A stretch of 64,000 nucleotides of DNA from Andalucia godoyi And28 (Eukaryota > Protista > Jakobida). Of this stretch, positions 18,506 to 29,655 are shown piece by piece. The stretch covers positions 1 through 64,000 of the forward strand of contig VRVR01000046.1 of NCBI GenBank assembly GCA_009859145.1, in the 5' to 3' direction. Within the stretch, counting starts at the first letter, position 1. The number at the start of each line of letters is the position of its first letter. The translations under genes and the position numbers were made by a program. A model generated the notes under the pieces. That model saw only the letters and a list, made by a program, of their open reading frames with translations, ran no database searches and was not told the DNA's origin.

Positions 18506-21190
18506 TTAAAACAAATGTTTTTCCTTCTTCAATCCGTTCTGTCGCCACAACTTGAGCTCTGAAAACTGAGCACGAGACATTCCAAACACGTTCTGAAATT
18601 CCTCGGTACTCAGAAAATCCTGTCTCGCAGCAGGATCCACTTCCTCAGGCAGCGGCATTCCGGAATCGACACGCAGTTGCGAGTACGGGAATATTCGGCC
18701 ACCAGAAGCAGCAGTAGCCACATTCTCCTGTGAAGTCACAGGAACTGGCGATGCACTTGCGGTTGATGGCGCGGTCGTTGGTTTCTCGGCAGTTGGAGGA
18801 TCCACAGGGGATTGCTTCGACGCGACAGGAGTCGCTGCAACAGACGTGATCGAAGTACTGCTGCTGCTGCTGACCGGTGGCTTCGTTGAAGCTGGTGGCG
18901 ACGAGATAAAGGCTGCCGGCTGCGACGCGGATGCAGGAGTCGGAACAGATTGCTCCGACGCGACCACTTCCGTCTGCGTAGGATCTGCGATGCGCCAATC
19001 AGGAAAGAACATCGTAAAGAAGCGGGGTTCAAATCCATCGGCTACCGACGTGATCCCAGTATCCGTGGGCTGGTCTGCAGACCTGGACCTGGCAAGATAC
19101 TCGCGTGCAAGCTTGGAACACTCTTCAATTTCGTTCGGAGAAGAATCTCTTCCAATCCACAGATACAGCGAATGATGCGCATCCAAAAGGTAACAGTCAT
19201 CATGATGAAGATCAGCTTGGGAGAACTGCGTGATCTCTTCTACAAGCAGTTTTCCCACCCAACGACACCAGAAAAGACGAGGAGCGATCTCCTCCTCCTC
19301 CGGATCACACATGGTGTTATAATCCGTGGTGTGTCCACCAGGGAATGCAGACCAAAATTCATCATCTTCGTGGCCCTCGTCCATTTCCACAATAGGTCGC
19401 TGCTTGTCCGCCAGAGAGTTGACAAAGACCGCAACAGTGAGGGCACCATGACGCTCATCGTCATTGGCGTACTTTCCGATCCAGAGAGACAGACGGGAAG
19501 ATGTCTGCAGGAGAAACGCGTTGGCAGAACTCAGATTGGCGCCGTCCAAAGGCATCTGAAATGCACGCACGCCCGTGCGCGGAGATCCGTGAATCATGAT
19601 CAACGCATCCTCTTTTGCGTCGTATTGTTGAACACTGGACCCTGAAGACGCAGCAGTGCCAACGTGATGAAATGCCGAATCCACGCCACCTCGCACGACT
19701 AAAAACTTCCCACCAAATAGAGATGTGAAATGAAAGGGCTCTTTGCCTTCCACTATGCGAACGACGGACGCATTGGAAAACGACGTTCGCGCAATGTCCG
19801 CTGCGAGAATTGCACTTGCGCCCCGCTCATCCACCGAACAATCACGTCCTTGCCAAAAATACACAGTGTGCTCCAAGCGGGAGCGTCCATTGCGACGGAA
19901 CGACACACTGATGATGTACGCGTCGCCAGAGAAGAACAGGCCATACGAGGCCGAATCAATGGGTTCCTTTTCAAAGTCCTTGATGCGGTGCACTGTCATG
20001 CTTTCCACAGTCATATCTACTTCCGCAGTCGCATCCTTATCGGCGGAGAGTCGCTGTTGCTGCATGCGTTTCACTGGATCATCCACCACCTTCGCCTGTG
20101 CTGGCTGCGGTTTGTCTGCCAGCTGCCGGTGGCTCGGAACTTTCCAGGACGGAAACTTGGACTTGAACAACGCGCTCTCGTAGTCTTCGTGAATGCAAGA
20201 AATTCGCGTATGCGAGGGCCGGTTCTCTCGTGCCAGAAAGTCTGCTGGGACATCGTACGCCGCAGCCGCACGCAACTGTTTAGGCGCATTGCGGCCCAGC
20301 CACATGAACAACTCTGACCCGCAATCAAGCAGAAAGCAATGTCCGGAGTCCAGCGCAGCTTGATCCACTCCTTGTGACACTGGCATCAAAGAAACGAGAT
20401 CGTTTGCGATGACGTAGAGCGCAGTGGTCAGCTGGCGAGAGTAGGAAGAATCATCCATCTGCGGAACAGGAATTGGACCAAAACCCCCTGCAACTTGCTT
20501 CCAGAATTCCGAGTCCTTCTCATCCGCAGTCACAACTTCAATGGTGCATTTCCCAACACGTTCTCCCGAGTTCAGCGACTCGGCAAACTTGCGACCGGCA
20601 TGCTTTTCATACATCGACGACGTCTCCCCTTGGAAGATCCAAATCTTCTTCAAGGACGGCGCATCCAAAACAAAGACATCTCCGGATGACAGCTGCGATC
20701 GAGCAACTGGAGTCACCTGTGAAATAAGCGGGATGTGCACTCCCTTCACCATGTACAGCGTATGCGCTTCTTTGAACTGGTTTGTGTCGACGGAGCGGAA
20801 CGCAGAGTCGATTCCACCTTTCAAGAACTGGAGAGAGCGATCACGGAACGATCCGATAAACTGCGGCGATTCATGGCCCTCGACCTCACGATACTGCACT
20901 GCTGCACCCGCAAGGGCGTCGTCCAGCTCGCGTGCCTTGATAGCAAGCGCCCCGCGCTCATCAATCGAACACTCACTTCCAATCCAGTAAAAAATGCAAT
21001 GGTCGAGCTTCTTGTACTTGTCTGTGAGCACAGAGTGAAGAACGAGGTACGCGTCACCTGAAAAGAACTTTCCGATTTGCTCGTCTGCTATCCGAACTGG
21101 TCGAAGTGACTCGATGCGCCACACACGCAGACCAGGCTTCGTAGCAAGCTCGGAATCTTGAAAAATTGGGTCAATCGCTGTCAATGCCAT
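18506..21190 (-). CDS. VIL: Villin (six gelsolin domains, Ser/Pro/Thr linker, headpiece)
   Basis: GLRVWRIE, FFSGDAY, IFYWIG, QYREVEGHES and the second half (FSGDAYII, YFWQGR, EGKEPFHF). The C-terminal headpiece reads LSTEEFQNVFGMSRAQFSELKLWRQNGLKKEKHLF. Confidence 0.95.
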   Translation of the reverse strand: MALTAIDPIFQDSELATKPGLRVWRIESLRPVRIADEQIGKFFSGDAYLVLHSVLTDKYKKLDHCIFYWIGSECSIDERGALAIKARELDDALAGAAVQYREVEGHESPQFIGSFRDRSLQFLKGGIDSAFRSVDTNQFKEAHTLYMVKGVHIPLISQVTPVARSQLSSGDVFVLDAPSLKKIWIFQGETSSMYEKHAGRKFAESLNSGERVGKCTIEVVTADEKDSEFWKQVAGGFGPIPVPQMDDSSYSRQLTTALYVIANDLVSLMPVSQGVDQAALDSGHCFLLDCGSELFMWLGRNAPKQLRAAAAYDVPADFLARENRPSHTRISCIHEDYESALFKSKFPSWKVPSHRQLADKPQPAQAKVVDDPVKRMQQQRLSADKDATAEVDMTVESMTVHRIKDFEKEPIDSASYGLFFSGDAYIISVSFRRNGRSRLEHTVYFWQGRDCSVDERGASAILAADIARTSFSNASVVRIVEGKEPFHFTSLFGGKFLVVRGGVDSAFHHVGTAASSGSSVQQYDAKEDALIMIHGSPRTGVRAFQMPLDGANLSSANAFLLQTSSRLSLWIGKYANDDERHGALTVAVFVNSLADKQRPIVEMDEGHEDDEFWSAFPGGHTTDYNTMCDPEEEEIAPRLFWCRWVGKLLVEEITQFSQADLHHDDCYLLDAHHSLYLWIGRDSSPNEIEECSKLAREYLARSRSADQPTDTGITSVADGFEPRFFTMFFPDWRIADPTQTEVVASEQSVPTPASASQPAAFISSPPASTKPPVSSSSSTSITSVAATPVASKQSPVDPPTAEKPTTAPSTASASPVPVTSQENVATAASGGRIFPYSQLRVDSGMPLPEEVDPAARQDFLSTEEFQNVFGMSRAQFSELKLWRQNGLKKEKHLF

Positions 21191-21282
21191 GCCTACCCTT
21201 GTATTATTTTTCGTGTTTCTTTATTTTCGATTTTCCCCAATGTATTCTGACCAAGTGTAGACCAGAATACTACAAGAAGAAT

Positions 21283-21283
21283 G

Positions 21284-21346
<63 letters not shown>

Positions 21347-21347
21347 G
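21283..21347 (+). repeat. (GAAAAC)n hexanucleotide repeat, about 10 copies
   Basis: Near-perfect array about 100 nt upstream of the villin ATG. Confidence 0.9.
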
Positions 21348-21600
21348 GAAAAAAGAAAAAAAGGAAGGCATTGAAGAACGAGAAAAAGGATCCGGGAAAA
21401 CTTGTGCAGATCTGCAAGTCAAGCGTCGTCTTTCTTCTCGTCTTTCCAGTTCGTGATTGACGTCGGGCAGATTGGAGAAAGAAAAGAAATTTGCAATAAT
21501 TCTAATAAAAACAAAAGTTAACGATTCACACGAATGAAAACAATTTTAATGGAAAAGGAGAGTGTCCAGTCTTTGCATCGAACTTAAATGGAAGCACTCT

Positions 21601-24600
21601 TTACAGAGTCGCGAGCTGATTCCGGAACGTCGCTTCTGGAACTGCGGAAGCGCGGGCCGTGCTGGAGGGGCCTTGTTGGAATGGGAGTGCAATGGGGTCT
21701 GAAGGAGCTTGCTTAGCAACAGGCAGAGTGGTCATCTGCATCGTCGGTGACACAAACTTTGTTGCACGATCAGACTTGCGTTTGCGGTAAATTATGAAGC
21801 CGACAACCGCAACGGCAGAGACGACCACCACTGCTCTGATAACACCCACAATGATTCCTGTAGAGTTGCTTCCGGAGCCACTGGATCCACCGCCTCCTCC
21901 CGAAGGAGGCTTTCCGACAGCAACTGCATACGAACCAAAGCCATTGACTCCAAAGGAGGCCACGCAGGTTGTACTGTCGACGGCAAAACCAGACGGACTA
22001 TACGAGGAAATGGCTCCAGCATCTGTTTTCACTACCTGCAGGGACGAGCCTGAAGGAGGACTGCAAACTCCTCTGCTAGCCAACGAGGAGCTCGCCGGGA
22101 AGTTCAGCTTCAACGTGAGTACCACCGGCTTGGAAAATGCCGTCTGAGAGGCACCAGCTGTGCTGGTTGTGAACGATATTCCGCCAATGGTAGCGGAAAG
22201 ATCCAGAACCTGACCACCAGGAAGAGTGATTGTGGCAGCTACGCTCCGGGTAGGCTGCGAAAGCACGACAACACTCACACTGGAAAACTGTGGCGGCAAG
22301 AAGTTGGACGGCATCTCAACCACGATCCCCGTCTGCTGATTCACTAACGTCGACGGCTGGGAAACATCGATCAAGACGGAGCTGTCGGAGATGCACTGCC
22401 CGCTGATTGCAGATGCCAGGACCGCACCAGTTGCAGAGTCCGAAGAAACAAAGCTAAAGACCGACAAATAGTTTCCGTTGAATGTCAAGCGCACACTGAA
22501 TGACTTTCCAAAATCATCACGGGCGACGGCCATGCAAAAGTTCGGCGTCACAGGATTGGACACATCTGACGAGCAATACTGTATGTTCAAGGACCCCATA
22601 AAAGAGACGGGCTTCAAGTTCATCATACCGGTAATGTTGATACGTTGGCCCGTGCTCACCACAGAAACAGCGCCGTTCTGACCTGCGCAGTACTTTCCAG
22701 ACATTGCGACTGCCAGTTGGATCGAAGTCTGCGGAGCCAGTGGGTTGCAAGAGCCAGATGTCATGAACTGCGTCGCAACGGTTGCGCAAGCAGGATCCGG
22801 ATACACGGTACTGGATTCACAAAACTCGACCACGTTGGTAGAGTTACCCGACAAAGACGAGGATTTGATGACATTGTACGTCGTCGTGATTTCAGTGCTC
22901 ATCCGGAAATACGAAGGACTATCCCAAACAAGAGATCCATCGCTGATCGCAGCTGAGTAATTGGTGACTGGAGGAGTAGCAATGCATGCACTCGAATTGA
23001 AGAAGACAGTCTTTGACGGAGCAATGCACCACGCACCGGACAACTGAACGCACGTTTTGCTCTTCACGGCGCTGGACTGATCTGTGAACGACACGGGAGG
23101 AAATGCTGGTCCCATTGGTTGTAGTAACGTATCCCAGGCAGGATCTGAAAAGGATGCAAACGATCGGGCATAGGCTGCTGAATACGGAACAAAACCTGCT
23201 GCCACCATCGACTGGCGCACGTCATCAATGTACACCACACTGTCGTTGCGCCAATCAAACGTCGTCATAATGAAATCAGGCGAGATGGCGGATAATTCAC
23301 GTGGCGTGAACTGGTTGCCAGCATACATTTCGTTGAAATTGAAACGCATCAGTGCGGTAGAAGGCATAACGTCAATACCGAACATAGATTTAACTGCGGG
23401 ATTAATCGAAAGCACTGTGCTGGCAAACTCGTTCCACTCCAACACATTTCCACCTGCAAACGACGCGGTGTCAACAGTCCCTGTCTGAGGATTTCCTCCT
23501 TTTGACAGGATTAACGCCTTTCCGTTGTATCTCAGTATTGTTGTAAAATGAGCACATGCGGATCCACAGCGGCCATCTGTCAACATTACGATTTTGCTCG
23601 GTGCCCAGGAAACAGAACCAGAAATGATTCCAGGAATGTACTTCCACAGCTGGTTGGACAGCAGATTCGAAAAGCAGGCATCTGGCCAGTATCCTTTGGC
23701 AGAATAAGTAGACGAAACATTCCCACGAGTCCAGTACACCGACGTGTACCAGTTACTGACACTGGTAGGATTGGAAGGATCAAAGCGCGACTCGCTACTG
23801 ATGATATCGGAGGACAAGTAGTCTGTGATTGCACTGCGACGGAGATCAAATACAGGGACGTACTTTGAATAGGTGTTCGGAGAAGATACATCCGTCCCCC
23901 ACGAATCACGCATGATCAAGTTTGCCAGATAAAAGCCCAGACATGTGTATCCTCCGCCGTTATTGCGAACGTCGATCACAAGTTTTGTGATTCCCTGCTG
24001 CACTGCATACTTTCGGCAGTCTTCGACAGTTTGCAAAAAGTTGGTGACGATCACAGTGTCCGAGTAGGAGGTGGAAGAAGGCGCAAATGTGAGGACTGAC
24101 AAGAACAGCGTTGACGGAGCCGCAGGTGACGTGGCGCAGAATACATCCTTAGTCAGCGAAGACTTGTAAACGCTCAAACCGGCCGAAGTCATCAGCGTCT
24201 GATCCACCGCTCGGGTGTCCGAATGCAATGCGAACGACGACAGCAAGTCTTGAAGAGAATTCACTTCGCGTTGAACATCCGCAGGCAGTTGCAAGAACAT
24301 TTTCAGCAGTCTGTCGGGACGCAGCAACTGGGACAGAACACTGCTCTCTGTAGTGCGGCCTCCCAGCTTCCCGGTAGGTGGAGTTGAATTTGGATCGGCG
24401 CTATTCCGAATAGAGGACAAGGCAAAGCGGATTCCTGCAGCGCTCTGCTTAGCATCGTGATCTTGGGCCTCCTTGAGCACCTGCAGCATCCCACCTTGCT
24501 TCTGGGATATGGACATCCCGCTCAGGATACTGCTGAAGAACTGGTACCTGCTCGAGAACGACTGAGTTGCCGAAACCAACCAAGGGATAGCAACACCGGT

Positions 24601-27522
24601 TCCGTCTGTGAATTTGAACTCCACCGTCGGTGAAGCTGGTGCACTCGGACCGGTGAGGAGGGGGAACAACGGGAAATCCTCTGTTAGCGCTTGCGAGAAG
24701 GCGTTCCAACGGATGAAAATATCTCGATAGCTGCCAAACCCAACAAGGATCTTTTCCGCCCAAGCCTCTGGGTTCTTTCCGTCAATGGAGAGCACGGTCT
24801 TGCCCACATACGCAGTTAAACGACCAATTCCCGCATTTGTTCCATAGTAGCCTCCAGCAAAGAAGACTTCGCTTGCAACTGTCCAGGTAACTGGGCCTGC
24901 TAGCAGACTTCCGCTTGACGCAAAACTCATAGAAAACGGAAACACAACTCCAAACGTTCGATACGGTCTTGGTCCCCAGTAATGGGTGTGTGCGTCTCCT
25001 ATGAGATTGAAGACTTTGTTCACATCATTGTGAAAGAAAAAGTCGGCATCGTAAGTCGTCAAAGCAATGCGTTCAGTTTCCATGGGTAGATTGACAGAAA
25101 TGTAGAATGGTGCTCCCGTCTGTCGGTTGATGTCTGTGAACGAATACAACTGAGAAAGGGCTCGTAAGCGAGATACAGTGTCCCGCCGCAACACTGACGA
25201 GGATGGAATCGCCGCAAAGCAGGTTGTCAGTGTCGACAATAACATGGAACCCTGATTCAAAACGCAAGGATCCGTCAAAGGGCAAGATCCAGTGGCACCA
25301 TACGTCATCGTGGTTGGTGTGCAACTGGAGGAGTCCAGGCAAATCTCGAATGCGTTCAGTCCGACTGCCACTGGAAGTGAAAACGTCCCTGTTTTTCCGC
25401 TGGATGGTATCATATACGTTCCGCCGTTAGTCGACGTGAAGGAAAACTGTATGCCGGTATTGGTCTGCAGTACTGGGATAGGTTCAGAACAGCGAGCAGT
25501 GGAAAAGGTGACAGTGGAAGACGTCTGCGTGGCGATGTTTGTCAAGCACCATGAGTTGACGAGCGCCTTGCAATTCAAACTCGCTGCAGTATCCGCTGTC
25601 TTTGTCACCATGATGGTATACTGTTTTTGCGTCAGTTTGTCCGGAGACATGACTTGCACGAGAATCCGGATGACGGAGAGTGTGGGAGGCAAGGGAACAG
25701 CAACAGATGGCGGGCTGCCGGAAACTTGTCCGCCATTCACCGTTACAATGGCACTTCCAGACACGGCCAACGCAAAAACAGTGATGCTTGTCGTTGTCTG
25801 CGACACGAAGACGGCATACTCAGTAACTTCCTGTTCGAAGGAAGGCACTAGCGTGCCCGTTGTCAGAGACAAGACAGAGAGACTCAGATCCACAGCAGGT
25901 CCGGGAGGCTTCGAGCAGGATCCAGCGGAGAGAACTTGGATAGGTGTCGAAGTGCAGGCTGGTGTTGGATACTCACCCCGTAGCAGACAGAATGCAACGT
26001 TCGTTGGCGAGATGGATTTGACAACCCCGTATGACGTAGTTGATCTACTTAACACTCGGAAGTACACGGAGCTGTCCCATATGATCGTATGCGACGAGGA
26101 TGGGCTCGACGTACTCGAAGCATTCGTAGTAGGTGGATTCTGCGAGCACTGTGCTTGATAAGAAATCTGCGCACCAGAATCATCACACCAGATGCCAGAT
26201 AATTGCGTGCAAGTTGTCATCTTTGCAGTTGTTGACTGATCCGCAAAAGAAATGGGAGGGAACCTAGGACCCAGCGCGGCAAACTTTGCACTCCAGTACG
26301 GATCGTTGAGAGTTTGGAAAGACGCCAAATAGGCTCCCGGAAATGGAAAAGCGCCTGCGTTGAGAAGCTGTGCTCTTTGGACAGCGTTATACACAATCGT
26401 ATCATTCTCCCAGTCAAACGTCAGTGTGGTGTAATCTGGAGGAATCGGAGAGAGTTCTCGTGGAATGAGGGTATTTCCAGCGTACATTTCGTTAAAGTTG
26501 TAACGCATGAGCGCGGTTGTCGGCAGTCGTCCGATGCTGAACATGGAAGCCGTTGCAGGGGACGACTGAATGGTGAAATCAGCAAAGGTGTTCCAGGCCA
26601 GAACATTTCCTCCTGTGAAGGAGGCAGTATCAACGGTTCCGTTAACCGGGTTTCCTCCTTTCGATAGCAGCAGTGCTTTTCCGTTGTAGCGCAAAATCGA
26701 TGAGAACTGAGCACACGCCGATCCGCATCGCCCATCTGTAAGCAAAAGAATCTTTGCGGGCGCCCACGAGACTGAATTTGCGATTATTCCGGGAACGTTC
26801 TTCCAGATGACTGAAGCCGAAAAGTCCGAAAAACAACCCGTCGGGAAATATCCTTTCGCAGAATACGAAGACGTGGAACCACCTCGCGTCCAGTCCACCG
26901 ACGAGTACCAGTTCGCACTGCTGAGAGGATCTGACGGACTAAGTCTTGTGTCGGTGTTTGTGAGAACGGAGCCAAGTGAGTCGGTGATGTCACTTCGACG
27001 AAGATCATACGTTGCAGCAAGCTGGGTGAACGTGCTAGGAGATGAGATATCTGTTCCCCATGCGTCTCGCATGATGAGACTCGCCAAATAGAAGTTCAAA
27101 CAGACGTATCCTCCACCGTTGTTGCGAACGTCGACAACAAGGTTCGCCAGATTTTGTTGAGCAGCGTACTTGCGGCAATTCTCCACAGTCTGCAAGAAGT
27201 CTGTAAGGATCTCTAAAGCGGGTGAAACACCATCACTCGGCGAAAACGTCATGACGGATAAGAACAACGTAGACGGGGCGGAAGTCGAAGTGCCGCAAAA
27301 GACATCTTTCGTGATGGAGACCGCGTGCACCTGCAAGTCGTTGGGTGCTGTGATCATCGGCTCACCCTTTTGAGACTCTGTGTATTGTCTGAAGACTGCT
27401 AGCAACTCCTTCAGCGAGTTCACTTTTTCCTGCAGCTCTTTGGGCAGCATGATAAACATCCGGATTAGATCGTCAGGACGCACTTGCTCCGACACTGCAT
27501 TTGCAGACGAAGAAAATGAAGG

Positions 27523-27556
<34 letters not shown>

Positions 27557-29340
27557 ACTGCTGCTGCTACTGTCGATGTTCGCGTCGGGGCTGCTTGCAA
27601 CGACGGCTGGGACGTCTGGTTTTCAGCCATGCGCCCGCTCGTTGGATTCATGTACGGATGGTTTTCCACATCATCTTCGGTCATATGAATACCTGTCAGT
27701 CCAAACAGACTGTCGCCAGGTCCGAGACTGGACATCGCCAAGTGAACATTGGACCGACTCGAAGTCAACAACAGCTGATCCGCGTCATCCATTACTTTCA
27801 AAAGTCCAGCAGGCCGCTCGCCAGCGTCTTCCGCGCCATTTGTGAACCCAATGATGGAGGAGAAAAAGACGAATCGATTCTGCGAAGGAGGTCCCATGTA
27901 AACCAGCCAAGGGATGGTAACGGAGGTGGAATCCTGGAACTGGAACTGGATTACTGGATCGGAACCCGCCATTCGAGGGCCAGTCGTCAGCCCATACCCC
28001 GGGAGTCTGTCGGTCAGACCCTCTGAAAATGCGTTCCACCGAATCCAAAAGTCGCGGTATGTGCCAAACGTCTGAAGAACGCTTGATGCCCACGCTTCCG
28101 GAGTTCGGCCGTTAATCAAAACCACCGTTTTTCCAACGTACGGAGCCAAGCTTCCAATTCCAGCGAGGATGCCGTAAAGATTATCTCCGACAACCACCTC
28201 ACTGACTGTGGACCAGGAAATTGTCGCATCGGCCAATCGTGTGAATTTCATGACAAATGGAAACATGAGGAAACTTGATCGATAGACTGTGGGTCCATAG
28301 TAATGAGTGTGCGCATCTCCAAGCTTATTGAATTGCAGGTTGACATCCAGGTGAAATTCGTAGTCATTAGCGTATTCCTGACGCGCAATTCGTTCAATTT
28401 CCCACGGTATGTTCACCCTGATGTTGAACGGAGGTCCGGTGTTCTTGCTGATGTCCGTGAAGGAGTACAACTTGCTTAGTGAGCGTAACTGGTTGACGGT
28501 CTTGCTTCGGATTACTGAGGACGACGGGATCGCGCTGTAACAGGCTTGAACCGCAGGGATTTGCTTTAATGAAAAGGCTGCCAACGGGGTGCACGGATCC
28601 TGCACCGGGCACGATCCCTTCTTACCGTACGTCAAGCTTCTGATCGTGCTGCAAGTTGTCGAGGACGGAACCTGAGTGGACGATAAACAGACCTCATAGG
28701 ATGATTTTCCAATGTAGTAGAAAGAAAAATAGCCGGTCGATGCCGTCGGATGCTCATATCGTCCCCCACGACCAGTGGTGAAGTACCAAGTGTATCCTGA
28801 GCTGTCCACCATCACCGGAGTTGCTTCTGTACATCGAGTGGTTGTGTACTCCACAGAGATTGAGAACGGGTTCTGTGCGAGCTCATAATTGTCACACCAG
28901 CTACCGCTCAACAGCTGGCACACAGCCTGTGCTGGTGACGCATTGCTTCCCGTGACTGTGATCTGGTACTCTGAGCTCATGGAGCCGTTTGCGGACAGGA
29001 CGAGTATCGTTAAAGTCACGGGCGTCACAAGGTTCAGAGGGACCGCTCGCGTAGGAGCAGCAGGGTTTCCGTTGATGGACACTGCCATTTCATATGCCGT
29101 CGCATAAGCGGTCACATCGATGGATGCCGTGGAAACAGGAACAAACACAGAATAGGAGGTCGTCTGGGGGTCAAAAGCAGGCTGCAACAATCCAACGGAC
29201 AGCGACAACGACGAAAGAGTTACTTCCGGACTGAAGGTTGCTGCCGATACACAAGCACAAAACGCAGTCAAGAGCAAGCATAACTGCAGGATGTGACACA
29301 GCCGCTGTGGAGGGCGGCTGCCAACATCAGGACTGCCCAT
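21601..29340 (-). CDS. Type-I membrane protein with two tandem modules of cadherin-like beta-sandwich, Cys-rich segment and S41/CPAF-like serine peptidase
   Basis: Signal peptide (LCHILQLCLLLTAFCACVSA). Duplicated motifs: LSSLSLS.G.L.P.F....Y.VFV, GDAHTHY, VDVRNNGGGY and LTDGRCGSACA(Q/H)F. A C-terminal TM helix is followed by RKRK. Single exon of 2,579 aa from ATG 29340. Confidence 0.85.
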
Positions 29341-29655
29341 GCTGGACGAACAGAGGAAAAAGCGATAGGAACGTTTCTCGGGAACGATAAGGCAACGAAG
29401 CGGCAATGAAAGATGATTGACGACGACGACGATAATGATAAAGAGGAACATGCGATAAGCAGCCCGTGATGTCCGAGTAGGGTAACGACGAATGAGGACC
29501 AAACCCTTGGCTCCTCAACGTCCAACGCCCGAGTGCGGCGCGTTGATGGTTGTGAAAGGCAGATACAGCAGAGTGCGCGTCATTTTTTTAAATAATTAAA
29601 TTAAATACATCGGCTCAGTAGTTTCACTGTTTGTTATTTGAACTCTGGGATTCTA

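Noticed and set aside
25292-26158. 288-aa plus-strand ORF inside the tandem S41 gene
   Set aside because: Antisense shadow of a Ser/Thr/Val-rich coding region, with no motifs.
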